DNA of 60,924 bases, filler included, from Sphacelaria rigidula (Eukaryota): assembly GCA_964200075.2 (NCBI GenBank). It is 7 parts of 7 records of this genome, joined end to end, with 100 filler letters (N's around TTAATTAATTAA, not from the genome) between each part and the next. Parts side by side here need not be neighbours in the genome. Positions count along the whole stretch, not along the records: positions 1 to 8,619 come from CAXNAA020010588.1; positions 8,720 to 17,338 come from CAXNAA020010589.1; 5 more parts are not named here. One strand, written 5' to 3'. The position numbers were made by a program, and so were the translations under genes. The notes under the pieces were generated by a model. The model searched no databases. It was given only the letters and a program-made list of their open reading frames with translations, and was not told the DNA's origin. The first letter of the stretch is position 1. Each line of letters opens with the position of its first letter. This document shows positions 1 to 12,033 of the stretch, piece after piece.

Positions 1-299
1 AAAACTTCATGAATCACCCGTTCAAAAACAGTGTGACTCCTCACGTATCCGACCGTTGGCTCCCATCTGGAGATTGCGCTGAGCGCAGTCGCACCAGCCT
101 CCACAAGAACCTAAGCCGACGCGCGGATACAACATGCCTTCCCTACGCTCTCCCCCGCCACACCAATGCAATCCATTCCGTAGGGGCAAGACACTTCCGT
201 GCACATGTGACCGACAACTTAGTCTCGGCTCCAATTCCGGTATCCAATCTTCTTCGTTGACACATGACTGTACTACTCTTCACTTATCCGGTCATTTAC

Positions 300-545
300 C
301 ATATGTTACCGTATCCCTTTCATTGCCACTATTTTTATGTAGCATCCATCATGTGACTCGGCGTCATGAGCCGCCTTTCCCCAATGAGGTCTCTACTCGT
401 CCCTCTAATCCGTGCCCTGACCCGGCTACTGATCTCACTTCTACGCCGATCGGCGAAAGCTTCTGACCCCAAACCGCAAATAGCATTTACTCGTACCTTA
501 TTTTGCAACATCCTTAAGGTCATTCCTGCTGCGGACAAGACTTGG
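300..545 (+). repeat. Dispersed repeat, inverted homolog of ~7035-7277
   Basis: Direct reverse-complement similarity, e.g. CTACTGATCTCACTTCTACGCCGATCGGCGAAAG here vs CTTTCGCCGATCGGCGTAGAAGTGAGATCAGTAG at ~7117-7150. The translated ORFs of both copies align (…LLISLLRRSAK…). Confidence 0.9.
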
Positions 546-605
546 GGATGTGTCGACTCTCTCCTCCCAACCTTGTGTTTGCCATGTCCGCCCGCCCCGG
601 CGGCC

Positions 606-671
606 TGATTTCGTGATTCGGTGATTTGGTCCTGATTTGGTGATTTGGTCCTGATTTGGTGATTTGGTGAC
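606..671. repeat. Short tandem repeat of TGATTTGG / TGATTTGGTCC units
   Basis: tgatttcgtgattcggtgatttggtcctgatttggtgatttggtcctgatttggtgatttggtga. Confidence 0.85.
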
Positions 672-1054
672 GCCGCTTGTAAAAATGTCAGACAACATCG
701 ATTCGCGATGCTGTCACCGACTGATGGTCGCACCACACCCGTCTCCCGGATCTCATAAACCTCGACTTCAACCCAGACACCATTAGTGTCACTTCATCGT
801 GGATGCACTTGCCCTTGTACCTTACTGCTTCTCCCACACTGAACTGACTCACTGGGTTCATCACACAGGCACTCTTGCATGTCAATGTGTTCTGAAATGA
901 CTTCTAGATACTGCAACCACTATAAACATCTGGGAAAATTCTTCCCGCTTCTGCACAAAACATCGGTTCTTCCCTAACACAGAATCGAGCCTATTCTAGA
1001 CTTCAATCAAGTAATTAGGGAGGCACGCAGACTTCAGCGCACGTTTTGGCATTT

Positions 1055-1313
1055 TCTCACGCCGTTTTTCCGAGTTAGACCACGAAACATTGTACACATG
1101 TTCTGGAGGGCACTATCTAAAAGTCGAAGACCTTTTTTTTTTAATTTTTCTGTTGGTGGCTTTTTATCCAAGGTCACGGTTGACCTACTTGACCTAGGGA
1201 GGGGTCAGATCCCGACTATCTCGACAAAAAAAAAACGGTCTTCGAGTTTTAGATATTGCCCTCAGAAACATGTGTGCAAATTTTCGTGGTCTAACTCGAA
1301 CAAACGGCGTGAG
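1055..1313. mobile_element. Fold-back / MITE-like element with ~90-bp inverted arms
   Basis: ctcacgccgtttttccgagttagaccacgaaa…gtcgaagacc(T)n is mirrored by (A)ncggtcttcgag…ttttcgtggtctaactcgaacaaacggcgtgag. True termini and TSD not resolved. Confidence 0.65.
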
Positions 1314-3821
1314 GAAATCCCGGGGAATGAATTTTGGGCGTTCAATCTGAACCAGGTCGTACATTAATCATTTCACATTTTTCACCGCTTTTGCCGAGTT
1401 TTCTCTGGCGGCAAGGCATTTTTCCCCACACGTCCTATTGCAGCGCACCCAGAAGGCTCAGGGGTACATTACCGTTCAGGTTTGGGCGCCAGCTGATACC
1501 TGTGGCGCGTGTTCTGGCCATCGAAAGTCGCTCAAACTGGCCCTGTTTCGCGGGGTTTCAATCCCGAACCACAACTCTTCAAGATCGTGGAAAACTTAAC
1601 AAAATATATTTTCGACTTGCGTCACCCCCGGGAGGCCCGTACCAACCTCCTGAAGGGGAACCTTGTATTTTGTATCATTCATGATGTCACTTTTTCCCCT
1701 GGTTCATCACCGCACACGAGTGTTGACGCGGACACCAAGTTTCGACAGGCACGACCTTGTGAGATGAGCGGGTATTGTAGTAAGCCCTGCTACGTATTGT
1801 GTCCTTGCGGTAGAAATTTGTCCCCTGAGCGCGCACTGTGATGAGTATACTCGATGTCGAAGAGGCGTTTTCGCTAGGTGTCGTGGACTCGGCACGCGCC
1901 GCGTATATCGGCTGTGCGTTCGGGGATACCTGTGTTTGAAATTCGGGTGGCGCAGCTGTTTCAGTCCCCTCTGTTGTTCTGTCCTTCCTTTTTTCTTCAG
2001 TAAGTGTTTCAGTCTTGTTTTTTCTCGGGTACATCTACGAGCTGAGCCAGCCTGGACACGGGTTCAAGCTCCCCAAGCAATGTCTCAACGACACGGACGA
2101 GTTGGGCCATGATCCGCGTATCGTACTAACCCTCTGATCAAGGGTGAGGTGCCTATCTGCTCGAAAATTTCGGCCAATCTTTTCTCGTTGATTAAACCCC
2201 ATGTCTAGTCATTCCTATACCGTACGGAGACAGCGTCCATGCTGAAATCTTTATGAAACCCCGGACGATCCATTCAGCGGATGATGACGATTTTTTGTGT
2301 GGACGTTCCCTGGAGCACGGGGAGACGATGGATACCCTCACCTTGACCTAATTCGTAATATATGTCGAGATATGGCGCACATAAGTTTTCATACTAAAAT
2401 CAATATATTGCGAGCAGAGGCACTAGATGCTCTAAATCTGGATATCGCATCTCAGTTTTCGGAAGTTGTGCTTTGAAATTTGGTATGGAGAACCGCTATT
2501 AATAGTGCATTATGAAATTTAAAAAACAGCTTTTGACTTTTTTTTCGTTTTTTTTTTCATTTTTTTTCGTGTTGTCAGGAGAGTTTGAGAATGAATGAAC
2601 TCTGCTCTTGGGCCTCATCTCAATATTTTCGCTCAATTTCCAAAATCGTGCTTTGAAACTTAGCATGGAGAACGACAAAGGTATGCTGAATAAAAAAATA
2701 TATGGGCCTTCATTTTGGGGGAAGGGGAGAAGTTCGGGCGCTTTCGTAAAAAAGTGATTGTTACCATACTGATACGCCCTACACCAGCGCAAAAAATAAA
2801 TCAAAACCAACCTGATCCACTTCTCTTGGTTCATTGTGACCTAGCGGGATTCCGCACAAAGTTTCAAAACACAAACACCAAACGCTGGCCGGTAAACGGC
2901 CTGCAAAATACTGTTCCGAATGATCGCCTGCCCGGTTAATAAAAGGCGAATTCACAACTTTCTACTTGGAGTTGGACAGTGAAATTTGGTATGGAAATCG
3001 ACAGAGCATGAAAAAAAGCTGTGTTTGGGATCTCAAACTTGCTTTTTAATGAGTTAAACGGAACAATCAGTTTTAAGGTTTTAGTAAAATGCCGGTGAAT
3101 CACCAAAAACAAAAACTTTGGGATCCTGCACACAGCTTTTTTTCATGCCCTGTTGATTGTCAAATTTCCCTGTTATGCCCGTGAATAAAGGCCGTACTGA
3201 GCAATTACTCCGTTGCCCACAAAAAATAAAGTGAATGCGGACGGATATTGAAGACGTATTGAAGACGTCATAGACTAGTCGGGCCTGTGCCGAACCTCTG
3301 CCGAACATATCACACGCTTCATCCCAAGTTACCTAGGTGTAGTGTGCGACAGCTGTAAAATTCTCATCGCTACTATCTCGAGACAGGAAACAAACCGGCC
3401 TCTGGAACTTCACAGCCCCCCGAACACACACTAGACGTGGTGATTTTGACAAGCGGAGTTGCTAAATCGCCACAGCGGATCCGAAAAGCCCCCGAACGTT
3501 GCAGGAAACGCGTCTTGTAGTACATTCTGTGTTTGGTGCAGCGGTTTGCAAAGTGCTGCGTCCTCCGCGGCACGCGTATGGAAACATTTCCAAATTCACT
3601 AGTTCTGGTGTGTGGAAAGCGGACGCATCATACCGCAATCCAATCTTTTGAGTCGTTGCCGAGAAAGAAGCGTTGAAAGAGAAGCACAGCAACGTACTGC
3701 AACAAGTAGGGCACAACAACAACACGAGCAGCAGCTTCTATCCTCCTGTTGTCGTAACCCTGTGTACAGGTTGTACAGCAACGACAGTCACAGGTGTGTT
3801 GTAGAATGTACTACAGCAATA

Positions 3822-4416
3822 CTTCCTGTCTCATAAGTCTGGGCATTCATGGTTGTACGAGCCCTTAACCGTGTGATACTTGATTTTCGATCTTTTTATT
3901 GCATTCGTCGGCGTTTTTTAGCTAAAACCAACATTCTCTCTACAACGTGGGTGCTTGACTCATGCAGCCGTGCGGCCGAGAAAAAGTAAGTCGGTTCAAA
4001 AACGGCCATTTTCGCTCGTTTCCCCAGGAAAGCATGAGGGACCCGAACACGAAAAATCGCGAAAAATGGGCCAGAAAATGTGAAAATCGCAAAACCACGC
4101 TTGATTTTGGATATGTCCGTGATGCTAACCTACGCACGCCCCACTCAACATTTTGTTGACACATTGTTGCTAGTCCTCGACGTAAAAAGGTCCCAAAACG
4201 GTCAATGATGAGGTATAAATGGATCAAAAAGGGTCAAAATGGGATGTATTTCGACGTTATGTTAGTGATGAAAACCAGTTTGTTTTTTGTCCTTTTTTCA
4301 TCAACTTCGTCTGCGCTTCACCTCTCTAACGAACCCAACCATAGGATGATCATCAACGTTGAAATACATGAACGATTAAACACCCATAAGTGCCCAGGCT
4401 TATGAGACAGAGGAAA
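3822..4416 (-). mobile_element. Tc1/mariner (Stowaway-like) non-autonomous element, short copy
   Basis: TA|CTTCCTGTCTCATAAGTCTGGGCA … TGCCCAGGCTTATGAGACAGAGGAAA|TA gives imperfect TIRs with TA flanks. The interior is homologous, in opposite orientation, to both ends of 12034-13643. Confidence 0.8.
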
Positions 4417-5323
4417 TAGTACATTTTGTATGAGCGCCGTCGTCATTTCGAGTGATGCGTGTACTCGTGATTGATACCGATTGGCTCATTTAGGTTTCAT
4501 TTCTTCTGCATTCAACCGACTGTGGAGTTGGTCGGTCCATTTTCCCGGTATATAGTGCCCAAAATCGGGCCCCATTCACGGGCATAACTGTTCAACTCTA
4601 AGTAAATAATTGCGAATTTGCCTGCAAACTACAAATCCGCTCCTAGGCTGGCCCAGCTCGCATCATGTAGCCGCCGTTGGATCCTTGGGGGTCGGTTAGT
4701 TTGCGGAAATAAATCGAATCAAATCAACCGGCAGCAGTCCCGGACTTCACGGCTTGATTGCGGCTGCCTTGGAATATTCCTACACCAACATCCCCCCCTT
4801 TTTTTTCCGCGCATGCGGTGACAGACATCGGCCGCCGTGCAGCTCAGTCTGTCAAGATGGCACGGCGCCGACGAGGGCGCATTGCCACTCTCTTCGTGGA
4901 AGGGAAGGCAGTTCCGGGGGGGTGGCGGCGAGGTTGGTCATCCCTCTTTCATGTGCAACTACGTTGATGACAGTATACTGGTGGAAGTTCCGCTTTTGTT
5001 TTGCCAGATGGCGAATGATGTTTGGGGCGAGGCCCTTATTATATGCCCATGTTCGTCTTCTGGGCGAGCGTTGTTTGATGCAAAAAACAGAATGTCGGCC
5101 TGGGGTACAACACACGATTGGAAGTACTGGGTTTGGTGATTGATGCTGAGCCCCTCGCTATTTCGCATTCAGAGGCAAACGGCAACAAATTGCAAAGGCG
5201 TGGTTGCAGTGGCCTCGAGAACACAAGTGTGCATCAGAGAGAAACATGTCGCCATTGACTGGTTTTCTGCTGCACATCTCGTTTATTTCACGTCCGGGAA
5301 AGCCCTTTGTTCACCGCATGCTC

Positions 5324-5525
5324 GCATCGGCTGGGGTGCGCCGCCCCTCCCCGTCCAGTGTTATGACGGGGGATTGTTTTAAAGAGGGCGGCGACGAAGT
5401 CGGGGGGAGTGGTGTTGAGCCCGAATCGGCTGGGGTGCGCCGCCCCTCCCCGTCCCGTGTTGTGACTGGGGATGTTTTCAAAGAGGGTGGCGATGAAGTC
5501 GCGGGTGGTGGTATCTAGCCCGGAA
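5324..5525. repeat. 99-bp tandem duplication, with further degenerate units to ~5830
   Basis: ATCGGCTGGGGTGCGCCGCCCCTCCCCGTCC recurs 99 nt apart. One minus frame is open across both units (GLDTTTRDFIATLFENIPSHNTGRGGAAHPSRF). Confidence 0.8.
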
Positions 5526-7034
5526 TTTCATGATGATTTAGAGGTGCCGCGTTGGCTGGTTGGCGATGGGTTGTCGCTGTGCGGAGCAGCATCATCGTAA
5601 TCCCCGGTATATATATCCTCGTGCTGAGTTGTGACGGGGCTGCCTTGAAAAAAAGAGGGCGGCGACGATGGCGCGGGTGGTGTTACTTGAGCCCGGAGTG
5701 TCACGATGATCTAGACGAGTGGCGTTGGTGGTGATATTGAGCCCGGAGGTTCACGGTGATCTAGCGTGTGGCGTTGCGTCGTTGACTATGAATTGTCGCG
5801 GCGTAGAACAGCAATAATATCCCCGGTGTAACGGTTGGTTTTGCACCCACCCACGTTGTCCTTGCCTTCGGATGCATCGGACGCGGCTATCAGGGGCTGT
5901 TGTTTGCCGTCAGGCATGTGGCGGCGGTATGGCTTTACTGCTGAGGAACAATCCCATTTTGGAGGTCCTACTGTGCACCCGGATGATGATATTCGATCTA
6001 TGTACTGAAACGATTGGGTACGGTAATGTCGGGGTCGGTAATATTTCTTCTCTGCAAGAGACGTCCACGGTTATGAGGTGGTTGCGTGCGGTTGTACGAA
6101 GACAACTCCAACGCCGTAATGTGGGTATGAATGAGCGCAGAGCGGTAAGGAGCCGTCTTCATGTGCTGTGATGCGCATGCTTGGTGTGCTGGGCATTGAC
6201 TCGAGCTTGGTGTTGAGACGTGGCATGTTCCAGGAATTTTCAATGATGTGGCTGAAGCAATTTTGTGGTGGCCCATGGATTGTGTTTCCGCTAACCTCTC
6301 GTCCCACTGTCCCGATATTCAATAACATACGCAGGACATCACGACAGAGGGGAGGCATCCGTGTTCAGGCTTTCGGACTCGGGCTCGTCCAAAATGCCAT
6401 TGCACAGTCGTCTGCGAGAACGTACTAGGGATATTCGTTTATGAAAAATGCGTTGATGAGATTGAAGCGTAACCGCGTTGTGATGTGAACATCGCAACGA
6501 TTTTGGCGGCCGCTCCATTGTCGGTGCTGTTGGATGGGAAACGTTTGTCTCTCGCGTGGGGCTTAGGTGGTGGCGTGTGTGGTTGGGTATCTGTGCCTAC
6601 TTTCCCTTTTGACGAGATCACACGGGATGTATACTTATCCTGTTTCGTTCTGATCACCCAGTAAACCTGTGCGTAGAAGCGATACGGCATTTTATCGGGG
6701 AAAGACGCAGTTGCGTCGACGTGATTGGCTTACGGTAGATCGGGTGGACGTGCGTCTCCGGGAGCCCGAAGGGGTCAAATTCCATCCGATCGTGACGCGT
6801 GTTCGCTTGGGATTTCCGTTGGCATTTCGAGACGGGGGCGGAACGATCGCGTTAGTGCTGAAGCTCTCGTCAGTTGATGAAGGGTTCCCTGTCGATGCCC
6901 CGCTGATATCGTACGGTGTCTGGAACAACGGGGGGGGGTTGATATGGACTTGGTATCATGCGGTGACTACGGTGCGGCAAGTGGTGGCGTTGGCTGGGCT
7001 AACGCCTGCAGAGTTGTGCATTGGTGGCACCACA

Positions 7035-7277
7035 CACTTGTCCGCAGCAGGAATGACCTTTAGGGTGTTGCAAAAGAAGGTACGAGTAAATGCTGTTTGC
7101 GGTTCGGTGCCAGAATCTTTCGCCGATCGGCGTAGAAGTGAGATCAGTAGCCTGGTCAGGGCACGGAATAGAGGGACGAGTAGAGACGTTATCGGGGAAA
7201 GGCGGCACATGACGCCGAGTTACATTATGGGGGCAACATCGAAACAGTGGCGATGAAAGGGATACAGTAACATACAA
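7035..7277 (-). repeat. Dispersed repeat, inverted homolog of 300-545
   Basis: Same alignment as the 300-545 feature. Confidence 0.9.
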
Positions 7278-8619
7278 CAGTGGATCCTAGAAAATGGGGT
7301 TCATGCAAAATATGGGGTTGAAGTGGCATTTCTCTTTTGCAGGGAAGACGCGAAACACTTGCGACCGAGCGAAGCCATCTTCCCCCCCAGATGTCCGCAG
7401 CAGTTGAGCAGCTGTGGCCGCTTCGGGTCCAGTTAAACATCCGAGGGTACCATCGAACAGCAACACCAAACTTTTCGGGAATCGGCATCACCCAGTGCTT
7501 GAAGAACGGAACAGTAATCGACAAGTTACCATTCGTAGAAAACAATGCGCATGGAACGCTTTGCAGATAGGAAAGTACGGATTTTGATTGAAAGAAATTT
7601 TTCCGGGCTCTCATTTCTGTTGTATCAGCCTGTCGAAAGTCTTTCCTCGTTCATCAATGCTTGGGGACAGGAAAGCCGTCCTCCCTCAGGTTTTGAGAGC
7701 CGTTTGAATTGTGTGGATGAACTTCATGAAATAAAACTCTCTAACTTTCACAGATGTTGCGACTTCGGTGCAGCATGTTGTTACCGTGACCACCTCTGAG
7801 CAGACGGGACGACGCGCGATAGAGGAACGAAAGGTAGCTATGATCCGGTTTGCCTGCCGTACTGCCGACAGCGCCGCGTGAAAGCCACAAGACCCTTGCT
7901 GTCGGCGGTTGATGGCGTGGGTCTCGAATGCAACGACATGCGGTCGATCGTAGAGCACTCTCGTCTCTCCTCTCAAGTTGTGAAAAACCATGATCTCCTG
8001 ACATCGGAATAATTTTTACTTGTGGGAAGCTACTCGTACTGACGGAGCTGTCCACGCGACCACCGTGTGCTGCACGTTGCCTATGCGCCACGCTAGCAAC
8101 AGTTAGGTCACCACCATAGGTATCTTTTTTCTCTCCGCATGTCAAAAAGGTCTCTACAAGTGTTTGATCTCTCATACACCCCCCTCAACTGGCATGTTGC
8201 AAGCCCTTCTGCTCGGGCGCCCGGCTGGGGGAGATCGGCGAAAATCAACGATGGATAACACCCGCTAAGTTAAAATTGGATATATCGGTTATTGCCGCAC
8301 CGCCGCCCTTCCTGGCATGCGTGTGACAGAGAACATTAGTAGCGGTGACGGGAACATTGCCCTATGTTTCAACATGTTTTTCAGCCCACAGAGGCGCGTG
8401 CTGTCCAAAAGGAGAGGCAGAGAGAAATCCATCTTCGCGTTACCGAAAGGCAAGAAGAGACGACGGAATCTCTCCGCACGTCGATGTTCTGGCACATGAA
8501 AATTTGGCATATGCTGGAAAGATCGATGATGCCAGTCTCTCGAGAGTTTGGTAATCGCCGAGCGGGGACACACAAAGGACACGGGCGAGGAGCTTCCTCT
8601 CTGTCGTTGCTTCTCTCTC

Positions 8620-8719
8620 NNNNNNNNNNNNNNNNNNNNNNNNNNNNNNNNNNNNNNNNNNNNTTAATTAATTAANNNNNNNNNNNNNNNNNNNNNNNNN
8701 NNNNNNNNNNNNNNNNNNN
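8620..8719. other. Artificial contig-joining linker
   Basis: N44-TTAATTAATTAA-N44, with stops in all six frames. Confidence 0.98.
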
Positions 8720-10480
8720 CAGATTTATCAAAATTTTGTGTGAATAATACGTGGCCAAGATTCGGGGCCCGAGTCCCACAGATTTTTGGGCAAACTGGCG
8801 GGGGTCGGCAAGCACAGATTTTTGCGTTTTGGGCGGCAGACCGTCATATTGGGGTCACGCCGCGTTTTTCTTGGATGTACCGGCGTGCTGGCTGCGCCTT
8901 TGTGAGTGATCCTGTCGACAACAACTAACAACACACGAAGTAACCACACGCCGTAGCCGATGCGCCATGGAGCCCGCTTCGCGCGTACGAGACAGAAAAC
9001 GACACGCCTTGTTCGTCGGTCTATTGGTGAAAGCATTGCGAAGACGTTGAGAGAGTAGACATGTGATGCGGACTGTCGCTGTCTGGCGGGTAGTTCTGCG
9101 ATCCTTCGATGAAGAATTCAACTTTGCAGCAACAAGGGGGGCATGGTCGCTTACTTACGTGTTCGAAAGAACCAGCCCCGGTGTTAGTGGGGTGGTGATG
9201 ACCTCTCTGCGGCAGTGACGCTACATCACTCCAGCACGCCACAACACACGAGACACGTGCGGGACTGTGAGCTGTTGAAACACGCTAAACGTAAAACTCG
9301 AAACCCTGGTGGAGGTATACAAATCAGAACAGTATGGTATGAAAATCTGTGTGCTGCCATAATATCGTTCCCAAAACCGAATTGGCCGCGGATTTGTTTC
9401 ACCACAATTCTAAAATCTGTGGGCCAAGTCGGTGCACAAAAATATACATGCACGGGGAACAGGGAAATATCACTGAACTTTGCGATGTGACTTGAAAATA
9501 AGAAGCGGTGAGACAGTAGTGCAGCATACATAGCGCCCCGCGTGTACTACCGAAGCACCAGAAACTACTTGTAGCACGACAACTTGGTATCGTCTAGGTG
9601 TGTGCGCCGTGTGGTCATGTGCTCGCGTCTGTAACAGCATCCCCACGGTCATTGTAGTATGATAATACATCATAAATATTGATTTGAGTGTTACACGTAT
9701 GTACACAGAACGCTTTGGATTATGACACATATGCCGGATGAAAATAACCGATTTAACTGGTTACAAAGTCAATCAGTTAACCAGCTGTACCAGTTAACTG
9801 TATTTGGTAAGTTAAAATGGCAGCCAGTTCACAGCACGAATAGATAGTGTTGACACATTGGAAGTGGCCTCAGCAAGCGTTTCCGTTCTGTTTACCTTGG
9901 GGTTCGTATTTCTTGTGGATAATGACCACAGCTACATCCCTCAGAGATTAGTGAATGAAGTGTGACAATCAATCAAAGCAATCAACGATCAATGACACGT
10001 CTCGGGGGTCCAAGTGGTATTGTACACACATGGCGGGTCCGAACTCCGACATATACACTTGTCGTTTTGACCAGCGTCTGGTTTCCGTCGTTGAAAGCGT
10101 GTGACGCGAGTAGCAAAACATGTCGAAGATCGACGGGGTATGTGCGGGAGTGCTAATCCCAATTCTTGATAGCAGGATGACGGGCAGGTACCGAGGGAGA
10201 CATGACTCTTACTCGTCGCAGGAGATGAGAGGTGAAAAGTATGAGGAAACGAGCAAGAAGAAGAGTAGAAAATAAAAAGGAGTAATTCCTGCAGTTCTAC
10301 ATCCATACGAAGACACCAGCAGGAACCTGGGCTACTTCGTACCGCCATCCAAACAAGCGTCAACACGTACTACCGATGACACTACTGTTGTTTCCCCGCC
10401 CACTGTCGGCGCCATCATCCACCACAATTCGCATCGCCCCTTTCCGCCCTTGGTTCAACTACTGCCGTGGATCGCACCAG

Positions 10481-10761
10481 ATGCAGAGGGAAGTTCGACC
10501 GCCGGGACGCCGTCCATGGGTGCGTCCACACCGGGTTCAGTTGGCTCGGCGCCGCTGCCGTCTCCCGAGAGTGGCGCGAGCAGCCACTGGACGAGGTCGG
10601 ACGGCGGCGGCGGCGATGACGACGACGACGACGACGATGAACAGCTGTCCGCCGGCCGAGGGACCGCCGCTGGTGATGGGGGGGAGGGAGATAGAGACGA
10701 GGATGATGATGAATCGAGCGTGGCTCGTCTGGCGAAGCGGCTGGAGTTCCTGCCGGCACGG
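10481..10761 (+). CDS. Internal exon of an unidentified protein (Ser/Gly/Asp-rich, ending VARLAKRLEFLPAR)
   Basis: Acceptor CACCAG|AT (phase 1), strong donor CGG|GTAAGT (phase 0), GC-rich open frame with a poly-Asp run. Confidence 0.65.
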
Positions 10762-11057
10762 GTAAGTTGTAAACATCGTGCAGGGTGGGTTTTGGGTTGG
10801 TTAGGTTGGGGTGGGATGGGTTTGGCCTATAATAGTCGTTTTTGTTCACTTAGGAGATGCTTACCACTTTCTGTGAGTGAATCATTCAGGTATCTTGGTC
10901 GTTTCTTCTCCGCGCTATTTCTGTTTAATTTTTCCCGGTGGAGTCGTATTGTATCGTGTAAACCAAAGGAGTGGCATCAAAATGGGGCGGGGACGAGTCG
11001 CGTTCACCACTTTGTAGATAAGGGGTTTTAGTGTGGTGTAAGTCCGGATCTTTCATG

Positions 11058-11250
11058 GGGGTGCTGTGTTCCTCGCGTGCTCCTAGCGGGCGCAGAACGC
11101 GTTTTTGTCTGAATCGGCGCCTGGGGCGCCGATTTGAGGTCTGGCAACGCACACGTTGTCTAGGAAAAACTTTGCACCCCCCTTGCCCGAGGGTTCTCGG
11201 CATGCCTTCGTTAGGGTTAGGGTTAGGGTTAGGGTTAGGGTTAGAGTTAA
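11058..11250 (+). repeat. Dispersed repeat family ending in telomere-like (TTAGGG)5
   Basis: Core GGCGCCGATTTG…CCTTGCCCGAGGGTTCTCGG is also at ~39600-39835 (-), ~41085-41271, ~42375-42550 and partly ~56175-56290. (TTAGGG)5 at 11211-11240. Confidence 0.85.
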
Positions 11251-12033
11251 TGTTATTCGAAACCATGCATTTCCGAGAAATTTCCCATACCTAACTAGTG
11301 GTTATTTTTTCTAAAAAATTAACATTAAAAACGGCATCACATCCAATTTTTATGTAAGCCCGGATTTGGTGCCGGGGAGTGGGCAGGGTAAATCTAAACC
11401 CTTGGAATTGGACTGCCAGATTATGGTAAGACCTCTGAAACTTGTTTTGGTTCACGGTTCGAGAGTAAGTCACTAACTTGGCAGGATGTACACGATTTTC
11501 GAGACATTTGTACGAGTTGACCGCAAGTCAGAAATATGGAACTGGTGTGGTTTGTCGAAGGACGCTGAGATGACTAAACACGGCACTACTGATATGACCT
11601 GGAGACTGCGCCTCGCTTCGTGGTAAGGTTGCAAAGGCGTCACGAGTGAGGGTGTACCCGATCTTTTGGTTATTTTTTTGTTCAAGTGGAGACCCGACCT
11701 GTGCCCACAGCAGCAGACAGCCCGGTGCTGCTGTTCCCCTCTGTAAAGCCCATACAAGTCACTAGAGAATCTCGGAAAACGCTTTATTGTCATTTCAGAG
11801 TGCAAATATCTCAGGATCAGAGTGCAGAATAAAAGCTTAAAACTCATCGAAAAAGAGTTGAGGGGATACCACATTTGACGGAGAAGAAAATAATTTTCGT
11901 TATGCTCTGATCCTGAGATACTTACACTCTGAAATGACAAAAAAAAACGTTTTTTCGAAATTCTCCGTTGTGGCTCACTTGAGCAGGTGATGTGCGACTC
12001 ATCAAAATGCCGATGCACCCTTGTAAGGTTGTA

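Noticed and set aside
11211..11246. (TTAGGG)5 as a true telomere
   Set aside because: Short, internal, and part of a dispersed repeat family.
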